This document shows positions 20,033 through 28,564 of a DNA stretch of 64,000 nucleotides, piece by piece (within the stretch, counting starts at the first letter, position 1; every line of letters begins with the position of its first letter). The notes beneath the pieces were generated by a model. The model did not search any database and was not told the origin of the DNA. It saw nothing but the letters and a program-made list of their open reading frames with translations. Source of the DNA: Candidatus Latescibacterota bacterium (lineage in GTDB: Bacteria > Latescibacterota > UBA2968 > GCA-2709665); the NCBI GenBank assembly GCA_965248435.1, contig OZ252100.1, positions 2,688,001-2,752,000 of the forward strand. Direction: 5' to 3'. A program made the position numbers and the translations under genes.

Positions 20033-21156
20033 ATGGTCGGGGAAATAGTCACACAGCGGATTACGAGCGCCTTAAAAGATCTTTATAAAAATCAAGGCTT
20101 TAAGCTCGAATACGTAGAAGCGTGGACCAAGCAGCAGGGCTATCCTGTCGGCCGTCAGGCGGTAAGCCGCGCCCTCAACGGCAAGGTCCGAAGGATGCGG
20201 GAAGAGACGGCCAAAGGTCTGGCCCAGCTCATCGAGGAGGAGACAGCCGGCAAGATCTCAGCCTCGGAGCTTCTCTCGCCGCGGTCCACGTCTTATCGCC
20301 AGGACCTTAAAGGGGCCACGATAGAAGGCGAGAACTGGTCCAACATGGACCTATCCGGTGCTGATTTCTCCGGGGCGACTCTGGACGGCGTGAACTTCAG
20401 TCGGGCGAACCTTCTGAGCGCCCGATTTCAGGAGGCCACGCTTCTGAACTGCAACTTCAGCAACGCCGACCTGGTCAACGGGAATCTGAAGAATATCGGC
20501 GCCGATGGCTGCACCTTCCGGGAGGCCGACCTGCGAGCCTCGTCCTGGCGCAATTCACGCCTGTCCAACTCCACCTTCAGAAACGCCAAGCATACCGGTG
20601 TGGACATGCGGGACGTCAAGTTTGCTAATGTGACATGGAAATCAGATCGCACCGGGGCGGGCTCAGGCTGGACGGGGCCGATCTGGACGGGCTAAAAAGG
20701 ATCAGCGAAAGTCGCAGCATCGTGAAGCAGATCGTGCTCAACATCGCAGACGGGCGTAGTCGGTTTCACGGCTTCGCAGGTGCCGTCGATTTTGGAATGG
20801 GGTGCTGGGAATATTCTCTTCGGTATTTGGAAGACGAGTTTGCCCCAGCAGAGGTAGAGGAAGTGCTGGGAGCTTTGTCGACAAACCCATACTGGCTGAA
20901 TCATTTGCAGATCGAATATTACCTCTTTCTTCGTGAAGAGATGGGCTGCGATTTCTTGAGCGAGTCAATGGTTAGTGCTAGGAAGCAAGCGAAAGAAACA
21001 GGAAGAATCTTCACGTTCAGAGGAGTTAAGGGTCGCCTTAACAAGCGTGCCCTGTTTGTTCCGCTCGATATCAAGGATGAGGATTACGATTTACAGGATC
21101 TGGACTTTGATGACGTATTCGAGCGCTTTCTGGATGAAGATAGCAACTGTAACTAG
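20033..21156 (+). CDS. HTH-like plus pentapeptide-repeat protein; one gene split by a frameshift near 20632
   Basis: N-terminal GRQAVSRALNG HTH-like helix, A(D/N)Lxx repeats, and repeats continuing (LRLDGADLDGL) in the -1 frame ORF 20635..21156. Confidence 0.7.
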
Positions 21157-21162
21157 CTGCAG

Positions 21163-21256
21163 AAAATAGAAACGCCGGAGGGCGGTAGCTTGGCGGCGTC
21201 ACCCTCCGGCAAATCATCCAACGGGCCTCTTAGAGCTAGAGCATGCTCCATTGGCG
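21163..21256 (-). ncRNA. Candidate small RNA with sigma70-type promoter and terminator
   Basis: TTGCTA-17-TATCTT at 21290..21262; stem CCAATGG/CCGTTGG; GC hairpin 21174..21210 with loop GCCGCCAAGCT and a T-rich tail; no credible ORF. Confidence 0.5.
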
Positions 21257-21410
21257 TTTATAAGATAACACTAAGGTAGTACCCTAGCAAGCCTTATATC
21301 GCCGATCGGAGAAGGACCTTCGAGGTCCCGTTGGATGTGCCTATTTTCGTATAACCCATATATTTTATAAATGGTTGCCGTTCTGAAGACATCATAGAAG
21401 GGGATGGGAT

Positions 21411-21773
21411 TTGGCGAATATACTGATCATTGACGACGAGTCTCTGGTTCGCCGCGTGCTCCGCAGGACGCTTGAGTATGCCGGTCACGAGGTGACGGAG
21501 GCCCCTGATGGGGATGCCGGTATCGGCATCTACCGGGACCAGCCCAAGGACCTTGTGATCACGGACATCCAAATGCCGAAAAAGGACGGCTTTGAGGTCA
21601 TTCGGGAACTCCGCCACGACTTTCCGGAGGTCAAGATCATCGCCACCTCCGGCTCCTCTCCTGACAAGGCCAATTTCGTGTCAACGACGCGAGAGCTGGG
21701 TGCAAAGCGCTTTATTTCCAAGCCCTTCGACGTTGAGCAGATGCTTGATACGGTGAAGGAGCTGCTCCAGTAG
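21411..21773 (+). CDS. Single-domain response regulator (receiver)
   Basis: IIDDE, TDIQMP (phospho-Asp), SKPF; TTG start. Confidence 0.9.
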   Translation: MANILIIDDESLVRRVLRRTLEYAGHEVTEAPDGDAGIGIYRDQPKDLVITDIQMPKKDGFEVIRELRHDFPEVKIIATSGSSPDKANFVSTTRELGAKRFISKPFDVEQMLDTVKELLQ

Positions 21774-21805
21774 ACCCCGACCTACGTGTGGCTCCTGAGG
21801 CCGAC

Positions 21806-21840
21806 AAAAAGCCCCGAGGCGAAACCCTCGGGGCTTTTTT
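21806..21840. terminator. Bidirectional intrinsic terminator
   Basis: AAAAAGCCCCGAGG-CGAAAC-CCTCGGGGCTTTTTT between convergent genes. Confidence 0.9.
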
Positions 21841-21882
21841 GTGATTATTGATCCAAGTTACTCAGTTGTCACTACTCCATTG

Positions 21883-22767
21883 TCAGGTCTTTGAATTCTC
21901 GTCGTTGTACCGCCGTCCTCCGATCTTGGCCCCTGCAATCTCGTGCCAGTCATAGACCTTACGGATCCTGAGATTATATGCATTGATCTCTTCAAGCAGC
22001 TTGGTGTCGACCCCCAGCTCCCTGCACCGTCCGATAATGGCCCCCAGATCCTTGGGAAAGCACTTCCCGCCGAATCCCCTCTCCGTCGTCACCGTCATAT
22101 GACTCGGCCCGATCCTCGCGTCCATCCCCACGGCTTCCTTCACGTCGTCGTAGCCGACCCCCTCGGCCTGACAAATATCGAAGAAGATATTCGAAACGGC
22201 CACCTTCGTTGCGAGCAAAACGTTACATTGATACTTCACCACCTCCGCGGCCGTCGTACTCATTCTAAGGAGTGGCGTCCTCGGAAAGCATGCCCGATGA
22301 AGATCGGTCAATCTCTGCCCGATCCAGTCATTATCTGCCCCGATGACGATGCGGTCCGACTTCACAAAGTCTTCGAGGTAATTCGACTCTGTGAGAAATT
22401 CCGGATTGAAGGCGAAATGGACGTCCGGATAGGTCGACGCATATCGCCGCGTCGTACCGGGCACTACCGTGGACTTGATCGTGACGACCTTCCCCGCCCC
22501 TCCAATACGTGGCGCGATCTCTTCGATCATCCGATCGCATATAGACAGGTCGATTCGAAGTTCATCCTCGTGATACGGTGTTGGCAGACAGATAAATATG
22601 ATCTCGCCTTCATCCAGCACCTTTTCGAGTCCATCGCTTTCCTTGTATTTATCGTAGTAAAGGACTCGGTGTTCGGGCTTCCTTCCCTGCTCCACATCAT
22701 AGTCGTGAAACCCGTAGGCGACCGCTCTGCCGACGTACCCGTAGCCGATGATGCCAATCGTACTCAT
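21883..22767 (-). CDS. UDP-glucose/GDP-mannose dehydrogenase family, short form
   Basis: GYGYVG, CLPTP, KSTVVPGTT, NPEFL, catalytic GFGGKCFPKD; ends without the C-terminal UDP-binding domain. Confidence 0.85.
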   Translation of the reverse strand: MSTIGIIGYGYVGRAVAYGFHDYDVEQGRKPEHRVLYYDKYKESDGLEKVLDEGEIIFICLPTPYHEDELRIDLSICDRMIEEIAPRIGGAGKVVTIKSTVVPGTTRRYASTYPDVHFAFNPEFLTESNYLEDFVKSDRIVIGADNDWIGQRLTDLHRACFPRTPLLRMSTTAAEVVKYQCNVLLATKVAVSNIFFDICQAEGVGYDDVKEAVGMDARIGPSHMTVTTERGFGGKCFPKDLGAIIGRCRELGVDTKLLEEINAYNLRIRKVYDWHEIAGAKIGGRRYNDENSKT

Positions 22768-23010
22768 CCTGGATCGCTCCCTGCTGTCGCTACTCAAACC
22801 GGCTGGACATTCTCCTAACCCAAATATAGGAAGATATTTGCAATCGGAAGTGGAAAAACGTACTTCACGGTCATACGACCTCACGTCCGACTCACGTAGC
22901 GCCACTCATCGCAGATATGGGATTCGGAATGGGCTCTAGATCCGATACGTGCTTCTGCGCTCATCCAACTTCAAGTCACAACGAATCAGCCCTCTGCCGT
23001 TCCACAATCC

Positions 23011-23460
23011 TTATTGTCCGCTCTGCTTCTCGATTCTGTCTTCAAGCCTGGACTGCAGCGGAAGAAACACAGCATACGCCCAAACGATCGCATAGAAGAG
23101 CGTAACGGTCGCCGTCGCGATTCCGGGCCCTAGGGCATCTACTTGGTCTGAAAGTTTAGGGAACTGAGCAATATTCATGATACCGACCAGGAACCCGATC
23201 CAGCCGGCACCGATGATATAGGTCTTGGCGCGCCCCCATCCACGAGCCGCGTGTCTCAATTCTTCCACGGTCAGCTGCGCTGATAAGACGGCTTTCAGCA
23301 TCGTTGGAATACTCACGTGGGCAATGAGAAGGGATCCAATCGTAATGAAGAGAACAACGATAACGGAAGGGACATCAACAAAGTTGATGAGATGTCCGCC
23401 ATTAAATATCCCCATGACGATGACAACCATCGTTAGGATCAGCCCTATTACACCCTTCAT
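23011..23460 (-). CDS. Short MotA/TolQ/ExbB-family membrane protein (MotA-like)
   Basis: FVDVPSVIVV after TM1, GWIGFLVGI, LGPGIATATVTLFYA, FLPLQSRL; 149 aa; AAGGAGG RBS. Confidence 0.7.
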   Translation of the reverse strand: MKGVIGLILTMVVIVMGIFNGGHLINFVDVPSVIVVLFITIGSLLIAHVSIPTMLKAVLSAQLTVEELRHAARGWGRAKTYIIGAGWIGFLVGIMNIAQFPKLSDQVDALGPGIATATVTLFYAIVWAYAVFLPLQSRLEDRIEKQSGQ

Positions 23461-23545
23461 GTCAACCTCCTTTGTTTGGTGTTTCTTCTGGATGAATTTG
23501 GATGGTTGGCAACCAACATTTGGCTATCTTTGAGACGGTGACGCG

Positions 23546-24211
23546 ATGAAAATCGAACTCAGACACATTTCGCTGCGCTACGAGGGAAAGCCGACCCTCT
23601 TCGAAGACCTCAACCTGTCCGTAAACGAGGGCGATTTCATTCTCATTCAGGGTCCTTCTGGTAGCGGCAAGTCCAGCCTGCTCCGCCTTCTGAACCGCCT
23701 TCAGGATCCGTCATCTGGCGAAGTCCTTATAGACGGTAACCCTGTGCTGGATCAAGAGGTTACAAAACTTCGACGGCGCGTTGGCTACGTTCAGCAGACG
23801 CCCGTCATGGTCACGGGGAGCGTGGCACACAACCTCAACCTTCCTTTTAGATTTAAATCCGACGGGGAAAACAGAACACTCTCCGACGGCGAAATGCAAA
23901 ACTGGCTAAAAGACTTTCGTCTTGAAGATGTGGGTCTGGAGGACGACGCCGGTAGGCTCTCCGTCGGCCAGAAACAGCGACTGGCCCTGATCCGAAACCT
24001 GTTGGTCAAACCGGAGGCCCTGCTCTGTGACGAACCGACGTCTGCCCTGGACCCTGAGTCCAGGGAAATCGTCGACAACTGGCTGGGGCGTCTGAACTCC
24101 GAGCACGACGTGACCGTCGTGCTGGTGACCCATCTCGATCAACAACCGAAACAGAATCATCCCAGGAAGCTCTATCTGAGCCAAGATGGGCTACGGGAGG
24201 CAGAATCGTGA
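23546..24211 (+). CDS. fetA: ABC transporter ATP-binding protein (FetA-like)
   Basis: GPSGSGKS, LSVGQKQR, DEPTSALD; adjacent to a FetB-like permease. Confidence 0.8.
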   Translation: MKIELRHISLRYEGKPTLFEDLNLSVNEGDFILIQGPSGSGKSSLLRLLNRLQDPSSGEVLIDGNPVLDQEVTKLRRRVGYVQQTPVMVTGSVAHNLNLPFRFKSDGENRTLSDGEMQNWLKDFRLEDVGLEDDAGRLSVGQKQRLALIRNLLVKPEALLCDEPTSALDPESREIVDNWLGRLNSEHDVTVVLVTHLDQQPKQNHPRKLYLSQDGLREAES

Positions 24212-24981
24212 GCGTTATCGAGATCTCTCCTTTTCAGCTCGTGCTCTGCCTGATCTTCGTCCTGATCGCCGGAACAGGTTCGGTCGTATTCAAATTGAGA
24301 CTGGAGAGAGATCTTGCGTGGGGCACTGTGCGTACGTTCGCCCAGCTCTTCCTTGTCGGCTATGTCCTCAAGTTCGTCTTCCGGCTCAACGACCCCTATC
24401 TCATCCTGCTTCTTTTCTTGTGGATGATCTTCTGGGCCGCGCAGACGATTCGCGGGCGAATCCAGGAAAAGGAAGTTCGGTTCTTCCTCCCCACCTTCGT
24501 TTCAATGGCAGCGAGTTACATGGTGGTCGCCGTACTCGTCACATCCACCATCGTTCAGGTCAAACCGTGGTACACACCTCAATACTTCATCCCCCTTGGG
24601 GGGATGATCGTCGGAAATTCCATGAACGCGATTACGATCTCCCTCGAGCGCCTGCTGTCTGACATAAGGAAGCGTCGGGACGAGATCGAACTCGCCTTCA
24701 GCCTGGGTGCGACGTATCAGGAGGCCACGAGCGACCTGCTCCGCGATGTCATCAAGGCCGGCATGATCCCGTCCATCAACGCCCTGATGTCCGTCGGCCT
24801 CGTCTCCCTTCCCGGCATGATGACGGGCCAGATCCTCGCGGGCTCAGACCCGATGACGGCGATCAAATACCAGATCCTGGTCATGCTCATGCTCGTCGCC
24901 GCTACAGCGATCGGTACCATCATCGTCGTTCACGTCGTCAGGAGACGCTGCTTCACGAAGGCCCACCAGATGGCGATCTGA
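24208..24981 (+). CDS. fetB: ABC transporter permease (FetB/UPF0014)
   Basis: IPLGGMIVGNSM, GLVSLPGMMTGQILAGSDP. Confidence 0.88.
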   Translation: MSVIEISPFQLVLCLIFVLIAGTGSVVFKLRLERDLAWGTVRTFAQLFLVGYVLKFVFRLNDPYLILLLFLWMIFWAAQTIRGRIQEKEVRFFLPTFVSMAASYMVVAVLVTSTIVQVKPWYTPQYFIPLGGMIVGNSMNAITISLERLLSDIRKRRDEIELAFSLGATYQEATSDLLRDVIKAGMIPSINALMSVGLVSLPGMMTGQILAGSDPMTAIKYQILVMLMLVAATAIGTIIVVHVVRRRCFTKAHQMAI

Positions 24982-24993
24982 AATCGGTCATTA

Positions 24994-25088
24994 CAGCTTC
25001 GTGATTCTGGAGTGTTGGAGTATTGTGAAAAACCGGAAGGTTGGTAGCCTTGTCTTTCCATTACTCCATTACTCCAACATCCCATTCC
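24994..25088. repeat. Octamer-based (TACTCCAT) inverted-repeat element, copy 1
   Basis: CAGCTTC..GATTCTGGAGTGTTGGAGTATTG ... CCTTGTCTTTCCATTACTCCATTACTCCAACA; homologous to 36808..36927. Confidence 0.75.
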
Positions 25089-25111
25089 CCAACCCTCGCA
25101 GCCTCTCTCCA

Positions 25112-26119
25112 TTAGCAGACCTTCACGAGCCGCTTACCGATATTCTCTCCATTGAGCATTCCGATGAAGGCGTTCGGTGCATTCTCGAGCCCCTCCACAA
25201 CGTCCTCCCTGTAGTTCACCTCCCCGGCTCGAACCCACGTTGCCATCTGCATCAATGCCTCAGGAAACCGCTCTTCGAAGTCGAACACAAGAAATCCTGT
25301 AACCCTCGCGCGTTTTACGATCAGGTGCCACAGGAAGCGCGGCCCCCGCTCGGGACGCTCGAGGTTGTACTGGGATATCTGCCCGCACACGGCCACCCTG
25401 GCCTTCAAATTCAACTGCGGAAAAACGGCATCCGAGATTTTTCCCCCCACGTTGTCGAAATAGACGTCGATCCCTTTCGGACAGAAACGTTCCAACTCGC
25501 TCCTGTAATCCTTCGTCTCTTTGTAATTGAAGGCAGCATCGAATCCCAGGTCGTTGACCAGGTAGTTGACCTTCTCTTCGCTTCCAGCGATCCCCACCAC
25601 ACGACATCCCTTGATCTTTGCGATCTGTCCGACCAGAGAACCGACGGCCCCCGCCGCCCCGGATACGACCACAGTCTCTCCAGGCCCTGGACTCCCGACT
25701 TCCAAGAGGCCGAAGTAGGCCGTCATCCCCGGCATCCCCAAGACACCCAGCGCCGTAGAAATCGGCGCCACATCCGGATCGACTTTCCTCAGATGCTTCC
25801 CGTCCACGATACCGTGGGTCTGCCACCCCACGTCGCCATTGACGAACTCACCCTCCTGAAAATTGGAATGCCTCGAGGCAGCGACCTCTCCGACTACACC
25901 GCCAATCATCACTTCACCGATCTCCACCCCCTTCGCGTAGGACCGGCCCTCGTTCATGCGCCCTCGCTGATAGGGATCGACAGACAGGTAAAGCGTCCGT
26001 ACAAGGACTTCCCCTTCAGCCGGTTCGGGAATCACCGATTCAACAAGCTCGAAATCCGATGCCTTCGGCATCCCAGCCGGCCGTGCCGCTAGCTTGATTT
26101 GCCGATTCAACTCAGCCAT
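25112..26119 (-). CDS. NADP-dependent oxidoreductase (CurA/prostaglandin reductase-like MDR)
   Basis: LSVDPYQRGRM, GMPGMTAYFGL, SGAAGAVGS, YFDNVGG. Confidence 0.92.
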   Translation of the reverse strand: MAELNRQIKLAARPAGMPKASDFELVESVIPEPAEGEVLVRTLYLSVDPYQRGRMNEGRSYAKGVEIGEVMIGGVVGEVAASRHSNFQEGEFVNGDVGWQTHGIVDGKHLRKVDPDVAPISTALGVLGMPGMTAYFGLLEVGSPGPGETVVVSGAAGAVGSLVGQIAKIKGCRVVGIAGSEEKVNYLVNDLGFDAAFNYKETKDYRSELERFCPKGIDVYFDNVGGKISDAVFPQLNLKARVAVCGQISQYNLERPERGPRFLWHLIVKRARVTGFLVFDFEERFPEALMQMATWVRAGEVNYREDVVEGLENAPNAFIGMLNGENIGKRLVKVC

Positions 26120-26235
26120 CCCGATCTCCCGATCCTGCAGTTGATCGTGCTTTTCCAACCACTACACGTGAATAAATGACAAAAGATGATCGTGATTAGA
26201 TTCGGTTCTTACGATTCACGATTCACCGGCCTTCC

Positions 26236-26269
26236 GGTACCCGGGACCCGTGTCTTGGTTTCCCGGTAC
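26236..26269. repeat. Dispersed intergenic repeat ACCCGYGTYTTGRTTTCCYGGTAC, copy 1
   Basis: Copies at 27834..27860 and 35601..35627. Confidence 0.7.
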
Positions 26270-26276
26270 ACGTCTT

Positions 26277-27815
26277 CTACTCCGCCCGAGGCAAGACGAC
26301 CTTGCCGTCGCGCAAAGTAGCCAGAAAAGAGAATGTCCAGCCGCAGTAGTTTGTCCCCTCCGTATTGCTCAGCTTGATGACGATCGTATTCCGACCCTTC
26401 TTCAGATCGACCTGCACTGTCTGGTCCTCAAAGGCGTCGTGATGCCCCAGGTCGATCGGGTCATTCGCATTCACCCGAAGGATCATCCGATCATCCCAGG
26501 CCAGGCGAATGCTCGCCGTCGTGTCCTCCTTGACTTCCAACACACATCTCGCGATTGCCGCCGCGTCGTGGGTGTGCCCGGGCGTCCCTCTCACGTGTGG
26601 ACGAAAGACGTGATTGAAATCCACGAACCCGCGAAGCGCAGACCGCCGGATCCAGCGTGCGGCATCCCGACCGAGCTCTCGAGATCCCTCTGTCAACCAG
26701 TTGGAATCCTCTTCGTGCTTGCCGTCGTGAGTCGCCTCGGCGTCGAACTCCGTCTCTGCTTCCAGATCGGCGTCCATAGCGCGCTCTTCGCGATTCCAGA
26801 ACGGTCCACACAGCCACCAGCTTCCGCTGTCCGGCAGGTCCAGGTCGAAGGTCCCCCTGGGCAACTCGCCCCACGGGGACTCGAATCGCTGTGCCGGCTG
26901 GAGCAGCGGCCAGTCCGGCATCTCGAAAAACGGCCGCACAGGCCCTTCCTGATACCAGTAGGAGGTCGCACAGATGTCATTGCACATCGAACCGAACCGC
27001 ACGTGGATCGACTTCCTGAACTCGATCGAATCGTGCTCGAAGAACCGGTAACCCACCAATCGCTGTGCAGGGCGGGCCTGGCCGACATCCGCGTGCGTGT
27101 AATACGGCAAGCCCGTGTAGAGAAGCGTCTCGGTCGGGGAGTGCAGGGCCCCGCCGAACGAACCACCGAACGTGTCTTCGCCCCCGATCCCTCGAAGATA
27201 GGCCGGGTGCTCACCGTCACCATCAATGTAGATATTGTCCCCTCCGCCGTGACTCCACCGGTCCACTTCATCGTAAAGCCGCACGCCGTAGACGAACCCG
27301 AGCAGCTGGCCAGGACCGTCTGCATCCAGAAGGAGGAAGTCTTCCCCGTATCGCTCCGTCGGCGCTTCACGTCGCCAGCGGGCACAAAAGCGGCGAGGTT
27401 CTTCCAGCTCCTGGTCTGGAAAACGGTGCCAGTTGACGAAAAGATAGACCGATCCTTCACTTTCTCCCACCATCTCGATTCGGGCGGAGCGGGCGAACGG
27501 CATGTCGAAATAGGAGTTGTATCCACTGAAGCTTGTCACGGCAAGATGGGGGGTGTTAATCGGATACCAGGGCAGTCCGTGCATTACCCCGAAAAAGTCG
27601 CCGAACGGTGCTTCGATGTACGGGACAGGTTCATCGTCGAAATAGACGCGGATGATCACCTTACGTCCTTTCCCCTCACGACCGGCCGTCCCCCAGATGT
27701 GACGTATACAGCCCGGACCCTTGAGGTCCGCGAACGTCGTTCGCGTGTTCGCCTCCATGCGCTGAACCAGGCTTACTCTGTTGGGAACGGCAACCTTAGG
27801 TAACTTCAGATCCAT
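26277..27815 (-). CDS. DUF2961 (GH172-like) domain protein
   Basis: GPGCIRHIW, PFGDFFG, NSYFDMPF, GGEDTFG, YRFFEHDSIEF, YWYQ. Confidence 0.8.
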   Translation of the reverse strand: MDLKLPKVAVPNRVSLVQRMEANTRTTFADLKGPGCIRHIWGTAGREGKGRKVIIRVYFDDEPVPYIEAPFGDFFGVMHGLPWYPINTPHLAVTSFSGYNSYFDMPFARSARIEMVGESEGSVYLFVNWHRFPDQELEEPRRFCARWRREAPTERYGEDFLLLDADGPGQLLGFVYGVRLYDEVDRWSHGGGDNIYIDGDGEHPAYLRGIGGEDTFGGSFGGALHSPTETLLYTGLPYYTHADVGQARPAQRLVGYRFFEHDSIEFRKSIHVRFGSMCNDICATSYWYQEGPVRPFFEMPDWPLLQPAQRFESPWGELPRGTFDLDLPDSGSWWLCGPFWNREERAMDADLEAETEFDAEATHDGKHEEDSNWLTEGSRELGRDAARWIRRSALRGFVDFNHVFRPHVRGTPGHTHDAAAIARCVLEVKEDTTASIRLAWDDRMILRVNANDPIDLGHHDAFEDQTVQVDLKKGRNTIVIKLSNTEGTNYCGWTFSFLATLRDGKVVLPRAE

Positions 27816-27833
27816 ACAGACACCCCCATTGAA

Positions 27834-27860
27834 ACCCGCGTTTTGATTTCCTGGTACCCG
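27834..27860. repeat. Dispersed intergenic repeat, copy 2
   Basis: ACCCGCGTTTTGATTTCCTGGTACCCG. Confidence 0.7.
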
Positions 27861-27879
27861 AGCCCCGCTATCCGACCCT

Positions 27880-28344
27880 TCATCCCACTTCAACGATCGC
27901 CTCTACTTCAACACCACACCCAAGGGGAAGCTCATTCACGCCGACCGCCGCTCTGGCGTGCATGCCCCGTTCCTGCAAAACCTCGGCGAACAGGTCCGAG
28001 GCACCATTAATCACCTTGGGCTGGTCGGTAAATCCGTCCGCTGAGCGGACGAACCCGCCCACGCGCACCATCTGAACGATATTGTCTAAAGAGCCGATCT
28101 CGGCCTGGAGCACGCTCAGGATGTTCAGGGCACAGATCCGTGCGGCCTCATAGCCATCTTCGATGCTGAGGTCTGCCCCCACCCTCCCCTTGTACTTGAG
28201 CTTTCCTTCCAGGATCGGGACCATTCCCGAAACGAAAATCAGATTGCCCGTTCGCCTGGCCCTCACGTAGGACCCCACCGGCTGAGGCGGTTCCGGAAGC
28301 GTAAGTCCGAGGACCGAAAGCCTTTCTTCTGCTGACATAGACAT
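27880..28344 (-). CDS. RidA/YjgF family protein
   Basis: PVGSYV, INGASDL, HARAAVGVNELP; AGGAGG RBS. Confidence 0.9.
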   Translation of the reverse strand: MSMSAEERLSVLGLTLPEPPQPVGSYVRARRTGNLIFVSGMVPILEGKLKYKGRVGADLSIEDGYEAARICALNILSVLQAEIGSLDNIVQMVRVGGFVRSADGFTDQPKVINGASDLFAEVLQERGMHARAAVGVNELPLGCGVEVEAIVEVG

Positions 28345-28564
28345 CCTCCTTTCAAACAGAGTGATAACGAGTCGGTGCTGAGGCAGCAAAGATACGCATT
28401 GCACCTCGAGTTCTGCAAGCCTGTCGCTCCAGAGATTCTTCGATTCGTAATACCGCTTACTTCTCTTATCGAGGTTTCATATCTTACCCGCAGTCGCGGC
28501 AGTCTGTCCGACTATTAGAGAGAAATCAACCATCCTAAAATGTCAAGAACAGGGCGGGTATGAA

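Noticed and set aside
21411-21773. Receiver protein as the CheY for the C-ring module
   Set aside because: Generic receiver about 9 kb away, and the FliM here lacks the CheY-binding motif; no supporting evidence.
25001-26092. 363-aa + strand ORF
   Set aside because: Antisense to the MDR oxidoreductase and begins inside a repeat element.
26250-27803. 517-aa + strand ORF
   Set aside because: Antisense shadow of the DUF2961 gene in GC-rich DNA; no motifs.
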